Assembly: GCA_965216425.1 (NCBI GenBank)
Contig: CBDCFV010000006.1
Location: 857,070-921,069, forward strand
Length of the DNA stretch: 64,000 bases
Source of the DNA: Dehalococcoidia bacterium
Lineage (GTDB): Bacteria > Chloroflexota > Dehalococcoidia > Lucifugimonadales > UBA3495
Direction of reading: 5' to 3'
Below, in pieces: positions 35,623 through 43,177 of this stretch. The position numbers were made by a program, and so were the translations under genes. The notes beneath the pieces were generated by a model. That model saw nothing but the letters and a program-made list of their open reading frames with translations, had not been told where the DNA came from and searched no databases. Numbering within the stretch: the stretch's first letter is position 1; each line of letters opens with the position of its first letter.

Positions 35623-36304
35623 CGTTTAGCCTGTAACCCACTCCATACACGGTCTGGATGTAACGCCGGTCCTTGGCAGCGGCATCCAGCTTGCGGCGCA
35701 AGCCGGATACATGAGAGTCCACCGTCCGGTCAAACCCATCGAAGTCGTAGCCGAAGACGCGGTTTATGATTTCGTCCCTGGTAAAGGTTCTGCCCGGCTC
35801 TCGAAGGAACATCGCCAGCAGGCGGTACTCGGTGGGCGTGAGATTCAAGGATGTTTGCCAGACTGAGGCAACGCGCCGCTGCGTGTCGAGGGTGATTTCC
35901 TGGTAGGTCAACCCGGCGGGAGAGTCCTCCTCCCGGTCCTGGGCAGTCCGCCGGAGGACCGCCCGTATCCGGGCCGCCAACTCCCGGGGGCTGAAGGGCT
36001 TGGTTACGTAGTCGTCGGCTCCAAGCTCGAACCCGGCGACGCGGTCTTCCTCTTCTGCACGGGCAGTGAGCATAACTATGGGAACGTCCGACTCCTTCCT
36101 CAGTTCCCGGCATACCTCCAACCCGTCCATTTCCGGCAGCATCAGGTCGAGCACCACCAAGTCGGGGGCCGACTCCTGCGCCATTCGAAGACCGTCTTTG
36201 CCGTTGGAAGCGGTCAGCACCGTGTGCCCGTCGCGCCGCAGGTACAGACGGACTACTTCCACAGTGTGAGGGTCGTCTTCCACTATCAGAACGGTACTGG
36301 CCAC
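35615..36304 (-). CDS. OmpR-family response regulator
   Basis: VLIVEDDPHTV, DLVVLDLMLPEMDG, and the winged-helix C-terminus (LTPTEYRLL...RTVDSHVSGLRRKL...IQTVYGVGYRL). GTG start at 36304; the track extension to 36475 is unsupported. 8-nt overlap with the kinase gene. Confidence 0.9.
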   Translation of the reverse strand: MASTVLIVEDDPHTVEVVRLYLRRDGHTVLTASNGKDGLRMAQESAPDLVVLDLMLPEMDGLEVCRELRKESDVPIVMLTARAEEEDRVAGFELGADDYVTKPFSPRELAARIRAVLRRTAQDREEDSPAGLTYQEITLDTQRRVASVWQTSLNLTPTEYRLLAMFLREPGRTFTRDEIINRVFGYDFDGFDRTVDSHVSGLRRKLDAAAKDRRYIQTVYGVGYRLNDV

Positions 36305-36378
36305 GCTTGAACTCCTGTGCAAAGGTCCCCGACACCTAAGGGATGTCGGGGACCGGACCAAGTCGATTTCCCGGAAGG

Positions 36379-36912
36379 TCAGGAAGACGGTTGTTCCGTG
36401 GGAGACGGGTCCATGGGCGACGTTTGCGAGCCGCCCCGGTCTCGCCATCCACCTCGGCCCCCGCGGTGGCCCCAACGGCTCTCGCCGTTCTTGGACCCCC
36501 TGCGATGAAAGCCCTTTCCGTCACTCCTGCCATGCCTCGACCGCTCTACCGCACTGTCCGGCCTTTCCTGGAACCAATCGAACTGCTCGTTGGCCTCGTC
36601 CTCGGTCATCCGCCCTCGCTCAACCATCTTGTCCAGCCGGCCTTTGTAGGCCTCATCAATCTGCTGCCGCTTGGCCTGTGTAAAGGCGTCCTGTACTGTG
36701 GACTCCTCCAGCTCAAGAATTTCCGCCACCCGGGCAACGAAACTCTTCCCGGTCGTCGTGTCGGCTGTCGGCGTAGTAGTAGGGGTGGGGGTGGGGGTGG
36801 GGGTTCCGCCGTTCCCGTCGGTTTGCGCCCACACGATGCCCCCGGTCAGCCCTATGGCCATAACAACCGCCAGCACTAACAAGGTAATTTTACGCCTGCT
36901 CAAAATCAACAC
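36379..36912 (-). CDS. Secreted or anchored hypothetical protein with a Thr/Pro-rich linker
   Basis: TTG start with an AGGAGG Shine-Dalgarno. N-terminal TM/signal LLVLAVVMAIGLTGGIVWA, GTPTPTPTPTTTPTADTTT linker, helical middle, Arg/Gly-rich tail. Confidence 0.5.
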   Translation of the reverse strand: MLILSRRKITLLVLAVVMAIGLTGGIVWAQTDGNGGTPTPTPTPTTTPTADTTTGKSFVARVAEILELEESTVQDAFTQAKRQQIDEAYKGRLDKMVERGRMTEDEANEQFDWFQERPDSAVERSRHGRSDGKGFHRRGSKNGESRWGHRGGRGGWRDRGGSQTSPMDPSPTEQPSS

Positions 36913-37011
36913 CTCCTGTCATCCAATCCTGATGTCCTGAATCCTCCCGCGGGACTGAGTACGATGATAATCAAGGACTTTGGAGAAAGTGTGAAGGAGC
37001 GGCGCATGTAT

Positions 37012-37121
37012 TGTCTGAATCAGGATTTTCAGGATGTGGCTTAATGCTGGCATTTGTCTGAATCAGGATTTACCGGATTTCAGGATGTGGCGTCGAGTCC
37101 ACGCGATTTCAGGATGTGGCG
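37012..37121. repeat. TGTCTGAATCAGGATTT-type short dispersed repeats (3 local units)
   Basis: TGTCTGAATCAGGATTTTCAGGATGTGGC (37012-37040), TGTCTGAATCAGGATTTACCGGATTTCAGGATGTGGCG (37055-37092), and partial GATTTCAGGATGTGGCG (37105-37121). Further copies lie at 37729, 38040 and 39524. Confidence 0.8.
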
Positions 37122-37230
37122 TCAGGCGCCAACCACAAGGGTTGCCCCTACATCACGGCCTTGACCTGGTCCTAGGGCATGGACAAAGTCGTCCCTACTT
37201 GGTGCGGGCGGGACCCCCGCGCTCCCATTT
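37055..37230. repeat. About 170-bp direct repeat, copy A
   Basis: TGTCTGAATCAGGATTTACCGGATTT...AACCACAAGGGTTGCCCCTACATCACGGCCTTGACCTGGTCCTAGGGCATGGACAAAGTCGTCCCTACTTGGTGCGGGCGGGACCCCCGCGCTCCCATTT. The core 37131-37230 is over 90% identical to 37794-37893 by eye. Confidence 0.85.
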
Positions 37231-37251
37231 TTACCAACGGCCTAAATCTAT

Positions 37252-37320
37252 GGATTCCCGCCTGCGCGGGAATGACGGATTGGGTGCGGGAATGACGGGT
37301 TGGGTGCGGGAGTGACGGTT
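37252..37320. repeat. Palindromic element plus three 20-bp tandem units
   Basis: GGATTCCCGCCTGCGCGGGAATGAC (37252-37276), then GCGGGAATGACGGATTGGGT / GCGGGAATGACGGGTTGGGT / GCGGGAGTGACGG... Confidence 0.85.
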
Positions 37321-37690
37321 TTTGCCTGACAGACAAGCTAAGAAGCTAGATAACGCCGGGCCCAAGGGAGGAGAACGGCCACCAGGCGTTCTGGGTCGGG
37401 GTCAGTGTTGTTGCGGCGGCAGCCATTCAGGAAATTATTGGCCGACGCGAAGGAGGGGAGCCTGAGACCGGCCAGGGCAAGCCCCTGTATCATGCGATGC
37501 GGGTCGGGCGGGAGTTCGTGGTTGGACGTGGCTACGGACCAGCGATGGCAATAGTCGTCGGCCATCCGGCGCACCTTGACGATCGCCAGTGTTTCCGGCG
37601 GAGGGCGTTGACGCGGGCCCGCAGGGATCTCAATTCACTCATGGGGGGTCACCTCGTTAAGTTTATCCGGGGCCGAAATTTTCGGATTGC

Positions 37691-37730
37691 CGGACATTTC
37701 ATGACATTTGCTGACATTTGCTGACATTTG
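37691..37730. repeat. Four tandem 10-bp units (iteron-like)
   Basis: CGGACATTTC ATGACATTTG CTGACATTTG CTGACATTTG. A related triple lies at 13201-13230. Confidence 0.8.
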
Positions 37731-37893
37731 TCTGAATCAGGATTTACCGGATTTAAGGATTTTCAGGATGTCGTCGAATCCAGGCACCAGGGCAACCACA
37801 AGGGTTGCCCCTATATCACGGCCTTGACCTCGTCCCAGGGCATGGACAAAGTAGTCCCTACTTGGTGCGGGCGGGATGCCCGCGCTCCCATTT
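37729..37893. repeat. About 170-bp direct repeat, copy B
   Basis: Same order of modules as 37055-37230. Confidence 0.85.
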
Positions 37894-38215
37894 GACCGAC
37901 CGGTTTTGGTCGCATCCGCATGATCTGTGCGGAGGGCGGGGAGTTGTGCTGCACAGGTACTATAGTAGGGTGTTGTTATCCGAGAAAGGAAGGGGCAAGT
38001 GTCAGTAGTTTTCCCGGACCGGGGCTGGGTTGGGGTGGTTGTCTGAATCAGGATTTTCAGGATGGGTTGGTTCTGGGCTGGGAATTTTGGGGGTTAGTGA
38101 ATATTGATGGTCACGGTTGGGCTATGGGGTGATGGGAAAGCAATGACAGCAGATTTAAAGGCCTTAAAGTGGCCGTGATTGATAAGGGTCGATGCTTGCC
38201 GTCAATGACTAACAT

Positions 38216-38492
38216 ATGGTTTTAGATTGACCCGGAAACAGGCTATCCACACATCAACAATCACGGGGGCGAAGAGCACGAATTGGTCTAGGTTTTGACG
38301 TGACCGCGCGGAGACAAACCAAGTCGAGCACGTTCGCGTGTAGCAATTGGACAAACATTGGCCGGGCGGTATCTTCGTGTTATCTACGTCCCAGATATAG
38401 ATTCTGACCACATTTTTGTCACAACGGCGTATGAACTGACAGGCTGGCCTCCGGCATCCCACCGAAGACGCATGATGAGGAGATGGCGATGA
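38216..38492 (+). pseudogene. Decayed BrnT-like toxin gene upstream of an intact antitoxin-like ORF
   Basis: One frame reads IDPETGYPHINNHGGEEHELV*VLT*PRGDKPSRARSRVAIGQTLAGRYLRVIYVPDIDSDHIFVTTAYELTG...RRR, with in-frame TAG (38289) and TGA (38301). The only ATG (38216) is in another frame (MVLD*). The pattern H...HG....E.E.V...G.T..GRYL.V.Y......V.TA resembles BrnT/DUF497-type toxins from memory. Confidence 0.4.
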
Positions 38493-38692
38493 AGGACCCA
38501 AACACCTACCCGCCCGTATGGGGCGGAGAGCGGGTACGACAACTACTCGACGACTATGAACACCAGACCGAGGAGGAAGCGGTGGCGGAAGATAAGGCGG
38601 TTTGGGATGACCCAACGCAAACAATAATCTCGATTCCTAACGAGTTGGTTCCTGCCGTCAGGGCGTTCCTCTCGAAACACTTGGGGAAGTGA
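38483..38692 (+). CDS. Antitoxin-like small protein (hypothetical)
   Basis: 69 aa. WGGERVRQLLDDYEHQTEEEAVAEDKA resembles a recurrent motif of small partners of BrnT-like toxins. The start overlaps the end of the decayed toxin frame by 10 nt. Confidence 0.45.
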   Translation: MAMKDPNTYPPVWGGERVRQLLDDYEHQTEEEAVAEDKAVWDDPTQTIISIPNELVPAVRAFLSKHLGK

Positions 38693-38732
38693 AAATCAAA
38701 GGAAAGGGCAAGAGGTAGAGACGGGATTGGTG

Positions 38733-39482
38733 TTATTCCCCTAACACCCCCGCAAACAGCCATTCGCCGTACCCGTCCTGGCCCGGCAGGGGCGTCCTTT
38801 CTACGTTGAATCCGGCTTCTTCCAAGAGCGACGTCCATGCTTTGAGGGAAAACAGGCCGGTGACATGCAGGTCCTGTACCACCCGACGGACGCCGTTTTC
38901 CGTAATTTCGTAGCTGAACAGGGACTCGATCCGAGTGTCGGAGGGGTCCGGGTCGTGAAGACGCTCTTCGGTGGTTATGGTCACGCCGCTAGCGGAAGTG
39001 GTCCAGCGAATTACCTTGCCTTCCCGGAAAGACTCCGCCACTATATCGGGGGCCACCAGCAGGAGGCCCTCGGGGCGCAGGTGGGCCCGCGCCGTTTCGA
39101 ACGCGGCCCGCAGGTCATCTTGGGTCAGCATGTAGCCGACGGCGTCGTGAATCAGGACGGCGTCGAACCGCCGGCCCAGCCGCACCGTCCTCATGTCCCC
39201 CAAGTGGTGTTCCACTTCCGGGTTCCGCTCGCGCGACAACTCCAGCATACGCGGCGATACGTCCACCGCCGCGGCTTGGTGGCGGGGGGTCAGATGGGAG
39301 AGCAGGTGCCCGCCGCCCACGCCCAACTCCAGGAGACTATGTCTTCCGGGGCCGAGCTTGGAGCGGATGGCGCGCAGCCAATGCAACGCTTCCACGGCGT
39401 AGTCCTCGGCGGGACTTATTACCGACCACAAGTATGCCAACTCGTTGTAAAGGCGGATGTTCTCCATTGGGTTGTTTGTCAT
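38733..39482 (-). CDS. Class I SAM-dependent methyltransferase (small-molecule, TylM1/DesVI-like architecture)
   Basis: Motif I LLELGVGGGHL, GDMRTVRLGRRFDAVLIHDAVGYM, LRPEGLLLVAPDI. No DNA-methyltransferase motifs (DPPY/NPPY, PCQ) were seen. Confidence 0.8.
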   Translation of the reverse strand: MTNNPMENIRLYNELAYLWSVISPAEDYAVEALHWLRAIRSKLGPGRHSLLELGVGGGHLLSHLTPRHQAAAVDVSPRMLELSRERNPEVEHHLGDMRTVRLGRRFDAVLIHDAVGYMLTQDDLRAAFETARAHLRPEGLLLVAPDIVAESFREGKVIRWTTSASGVTITTEERLHDPDPSDTRIESLFSYEITENGVRRVVQDLHVTGLFSLKAWTSLLEEAGFNVERTPLPGQDGYGEWLFAGVLGE

Positions 39483-39523
39483 GGGTTAGTTGCCTTTTGC
39501 TCGGTGGCGGTCGGGGGGGTAGT

Positions 39524-39607
39524 TGTCTGAATCAGGATTTTAGGATTAGCGGGATTAGGGGCGTCTATATTGAGAATTCTGAAATTCGGGTAGATCCTGA
39601 TTCAAAA
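39524..39607. repeat. MITE-like unit bounded by an 11-bp perfect inverted repeat
   Basis: TGAATCAGGAT (39528-39538) and ATCCTGATTCA (39595-39605) flank 56 bp. The left arm belongs to the TGTCTGAATCAGGATTT family. Confidence 0.6.
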
Positions 39608-39652
39608 CTAACCAGTCCTGCTAACCTTAACTTGAATATGGCTTAAACGTAT

Positions 39653-39856
39653 GGATTCCCGCCTGCGCGGGAATGACGGGGTGGTAGCGGGAATGACGGG
39701 GTGGGTGCTGTACCCGGTTGGGTGCGGGAATGACGGGTTGGGTGCTGTGCCCGGTTGGGCGCGGGAATGACTGGTTGGGTGCTGTACTATGTTCGTTGGA
39801 GACTTCACCGTGTTTGTTGGGTGCTTCACTGTGTTTTGAGATAGTTTATTGGTCAC
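39653..39856. repeat. Palindromic element followed by expanded 20/37-bp tandem units and a GTTTTGAGATAGTTT tail module
   Basis: GGATTCCCGCCTGCGCGGGAATGAC (39653-39677). Units start with GCGGGAATGAC at 39667, 39687, 39724 and 39761. Tail GTTTTGAGATAGTTTATTGGTC (39833-39856). Confidence 0.85.
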
Positions 39857-39952
39857 ACTTGTGTGACGGATTCCCTTTGCAAGCCCACGCCCCTCGCGCT
39901 ACACTCGGCTCAAACCAATGCTACCTTTATTCTAGCAAGCGCCGGGAGACAG

Positions 39953-42900
39953 ATGGCCTTGAACGCCAAACAAATCTTGCGGCCGGACGACTGTCCCAAG
40001 CTGGCTCTTTGCCTTGCGGCCGGAGACTCGCCTGATTACTTGAGGCGGGTTGTGGACTTGGTCCAGCAAGGAGACTCCTTGGAGCCCGTCACCATCGTCG
40101 GGCCCTCCGTCTACGCAAACTTGGCCATGCGGCACGAGTTGGGCCGCTCCGGGTTTGCCAACGTGAGGTTCCTGGTGTTCCCCCGGCTGGCCGAGTTCCT
40201 GGGCGCTCCGTCCCTTGCCTCACAAGGCCGCAGACCCCTTACGCCAGTCCTGGAATGCGCGGCCGTTCGCGCAGTAACCACGAAGGCTTCGGGAGTCCTT
40301 TCGCAAGTCAGTTCCCATTCATCGACCATCACGAGCATCAGAAGGACCTTTCGCCAGATTCGCCATGCCTCGGAAGAGGCATTGGGCCGGTTGGCCGGAC
40401 AGGGCGGACTTCGCGAAGAGGTAGTGGGGTTGTACCGGAGCTTCCGGGAACAGACCAAGGAATTCTATGACGCCGAGGACCTTGCCAAGGCCGCTGCCGA
40501 AGCGGTGCGGGCCGGCAGGACGGCAGGGCTTTCGGACTTGGGGTTCATACTTTTCTTCAGGCTGTCCAGCATATCGCCTGGGGAGAAAGACCTGGTTGCG
40601 GCCTTGGCCGCCGCCGACAGGTGCGCCGTTCTGCTGGAGCTTACCGGGGACGCAGATGCGGACGCTCCCATTGAAACGCTGGCGAATGATCTGTTTCCCT
40701 TCCTGGGCGAACCCGAACGGCAGAGGACCCGGAGCGATGAACAGGTCCCAGCCTTGGCTCCATGCGGCAAGCGGCTGCTCATCGCACCGGACCCGCATGA
40801 AGAGGTACGGTGGGTCATACGGCAGATGGTCCAGCGAGCGGAGCAGGGGACTCCGTTCCATCGCATGGCTACGTTCTATGGGGCGCGGACGCCCTATAAC
40901 ACCTTGGTGCGGGAGGAGTTGCAGCTTGCCGGTATCCCGGTTTCCGGCCCCAATTCTTTTCCCTTGTCCCAGACCGCCGTGGGCAGGACTCTCACCGGCC
41001 TGATGAATCTTTCCGACGGTCAGATCTCCCGCGACGCGGTGATGAATTGGCTCATGGGTTGCCCGGTGCAGCCTCCGGGAAACAGTGACGCTGCGGGGTT
41101 CAGTCCGAGCAACTGGGACGCGATTTCAAAGAAGGCCGGAGTAGTGGGCGGGCTGGAACAGTGGGTGGAACGCTTGGACCGCTACACTTCGGACACGGAA
41201 CGCTCAGCCCGTTTCAGGGAGCAGAAGGGGGAAATCTCCGAGGCCCACGCCGATCTGATGATGACAGAGGCCCGCGCAGCCCGGGGGTTGCTGCGATTCG
41301 TCCGGCGCTTGTCCGCGGACGTGTCCCCGCCCCCGGATGGGAGCGCGTGGGACGTTTTTTCCGGCTGGGCACTGGACCTCCTCACCCGCTACTTAGCCCC
41401 GGATTCCCAGATACCCGAGCCGGAAAGGAGCGTTTTCGACAAGATAAAAGGCATCCTGGAGGGCTTGGCGGCAGCAGAGGAAGTCGACCCTTCACCACGG
41501 CTCGACGTATTCAAAGCGAGCTTGGAGGAAGCGTTGCAGGTCCCCGCGGGCCATTCCGGAGTGACCGGGCAGGGCGTGTTCGTCGGCTCCATTGCCTCGG
41601 CCGCCGCGATGAATTTCGACGTTGTCCACATCGTCGGCATGATAGAGGGCGCCGTACCTGCGCCGACCGGGGACGACCCTCTCATCCCCGACGCCAGCAG
41701 GCAAGAGGCCGGGGGCACAGGGGCAGGTCTGCCCCTGCGGGACTCGCGGCTTGCCGAGGACAAGTACGCATTCCTCTCGGCCTTGGGCGCGGCCCCGGAG
41801 GCAACGTTGTCATTCCCCCGCGCCAATCCCGCCGGCCAGCGTGCTCACTACCCTTCGCGCTGGTTCCTGGAGCAGGCGTCGGTCATAGAGGGACAGCCAG
41901 TACACACGTCGGACCTGTGGTCTATGGACGGCAAGCCCTGGCTTACCATTCTCCGATCGATGGACCAGTCCTTGGCGTCGGTTTCCGTCTCCACGGCAGC
42001 GGACCTGCACGACTACGACCTGGAGCGGTTGTGGACTTGGAAACGGGCCGGGCTGGAGGCGAGGGCGCACCCGTTGGCGGCGTCGGGCATCCTTGCCAAG
42101 TCGTTCGACTTGGGCCGCCAACGTTACGGAAGTAGGAACTTTACTGAGTGGGACGGCAATCTTTCCGGGGCATTGGAAGGTTCGAGATTGGCTGAACGAT
42201 TGGAAAACACGCCCTTGTCTCCCACCAGCCTGGAGCAATGGGCCGGCTGCCCGTTCCGGTACTTTTTGGGACATGTGCTGCGCATCAGCGCACTGGACGA
42301 CCCGGAGGAAATCTATGCCATTACCCCTTTGGAAAAGGGTTCATTAGTGCATGGGGTATTGGAGCAGTTTATCGGCAAGGCCAAGGAGGAAGACACGCTG
42401 CCCCAGCCCGGCGAACCGTGGAGCGGGCACGACCGGGCTGCCTTGGAAAGCATTGCCCGATCACACTTTAAGGATGCTGAAACCCGGGGCATTACAGGCA
42501 AACGGTTGATATGGCAGTTGGACCAGGATGACATCCTCAGTGACCTGTATTCCTTCCTCGAGGCGGACACCGATCTGAGAGGGCGGTTTGGCGTATCGCC
42601 CCTTCACTTCGAAGCGGGTTTCGGGAGGGATGGAGACTCTTGGCCCGCGGCGGAGTTGCCGGTGGACGGGGCTCCGCCCTTGAAGTTCCGGGGGGTGATA
42701 GACCGGGTTGACGCCGATTCCTCCGGCAGGAACGTCCTGGTCATGGACTACAAGACCGGCAGTTCAAGGACCTACGCGGGACTGAAAGACGACCCGATTG
42801 ACAAGGGCAAACACCTCCAATTGGCTGTGTACTCCTTGGCTGCCCGGAGCGCCTTGGGATCAGACGCGAACGTGACCGCCGCCTACTGGTTTACCTCAAG

Positions 42901-43174
42901 CAGGGGCGGATTCGCCCTGGCCCCGCCGGAGCCACTTGACCTAGCCAGCGAAGATACCCTGGGACGGTTCAAAGAGGGGGTTTCGACTATTGTTTCGGGC
43001 ATCAAGAGCGGCCTTTTCCCGGCGAACCCCGGCGAACCGGACCAAGGGGACTTCAGCAACTGCCGGTTCTGCGACTTCAAGTCGCTGTGCCCCTCCCGAA
43101 AGGACACCCTGTGGAGACGCAAAAGGGAATACCCGCTTCTCGCAGACTACCTTCAATTATCTAAGGGAGGCTAG
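39953..43174 (+). CDS. AddB/AdnA-like helicase-nuclease subunit (degenerate motor, RecB-type nuclease with Fe-S cysteines)
   Basis: C-terminal nuclease motifs GVIDRVD...VLVMDYKTG...QLAVY. Cys set WAGCPFRYF plus CRFCDFKSLC, the four Cys of the AddB-type iron staple. No intact Walker A near the N-terminus (VTIVGPSVYANL). ATG 39953 has a GGGAGA Shine-Dalgarno; the track start 39863 is a GTG further upstream. Confidence 0.75.
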   Translation: MALNAKQILRPDDCPKLALCLAAGDSPDYLRRVVDLVQQGDSLEPVTIVGPSVYANLAMRHELGRSGFANVRFLVFPRLAEFLGAPSLASQGRRPLTPVLECAAVRAVTTKASGVLSQVSSHSSTITSIRRTFRQIRHASEEALGRLAGQGGLREEVVGLYRSFREQTKEFYDAEDLAKAAAEAVRAGRTAGLSDLGFILFFRLSSISPGEKDLVAALAAADRCAVLLELTGDADADAPIETLANDLFPFLGEPERQRTRSDEQVPALAPCGKRLLIAPDPHEEVRWVIRQMVQRAEQGTPFHRMATFYGARTPYNTLVREELQLAGIPVSGPNSFPLSQTAVGRTLTGLMNLSDGQISRDAVMNWLMGCPVQPPGNSDAAGFSPSNWDAISKKAGVVGGLEQWVERLDRYTSDTERSARFREQKGEISEAHADLMMTEARAARGLLRFVRRLSADVSPPPDGSAWDVFSGWALDLLTRYLAPDSQIPEPERSVFDKIKGILEGLAAAEEVDPSPRLDVFKASLEEALQVPAGHSGVTGQGVFVGSIASAAAMNFDVVHIVGMIEGAVPAPTGDDPLIPDASRQEAGGTGAGLPLRDSRLAEDKYAFLSALGAAPEATLSFPRANPAGQRAHYPSRWFLEQASVIEGQPVHTSDLWSMDGKPWLTILRSMDQSLASVSVSTAADLHDYDLERLWTWKRAGLEARAHPLAASGILAKSFDLGRQRYGSRNFTEWDGNLSGALEGSRLAERLENTPLSPTSLEQWAGCPFRYFLGHVLRISALDDPEEIYAITPLEKGSLVHGVLEQFIGKAKEEDTLPQPGEPWSGHDRAALESIARSHFKDAETRGITGKRLIWQLDQDDILSDLYSFLEADTDLRGRFGVSPLHFEAGFGRDGDSWPAAELPVDGAPPLKFRGVIDRVDADSSGRNVLVMDYKTGSSRTYAGLKDDPIDKGKHLQLAVYSLAARSALGSDANVTAAYWFTSSRGGFALAPPEPLDLASEDTLGRFKEGVSTIVSGIKSGLFPANPGEPDQGDFSNCRFCDFKSLCPSRKDTLWRRKREYPLLADYLQLSKGG

Positions 43175-43177
43175 ACC

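Noticed and set aside
38733-39482. SAM methyltransferase as the modification partner of a restriction system, given McrBC about 5 kb upstream.
   Set aside because: The sequence has the small-molecule or sugar N-methyltransferase architecture (GDMR...FDAV...GY) and lacks DNA methyltransferase catalytic motifs. McrBC-type systems are modification-dependent and need no cognate methylase.
39667-39790. Possible CRISPR array, suggested by regularly repeated GCGGGAATGAC-containing units.
   Set aside because: The units are directly contiguous tandem repeats with no unique spacers. Unit length changes from 20 to 37 bp, and there are no cas genes in the window.
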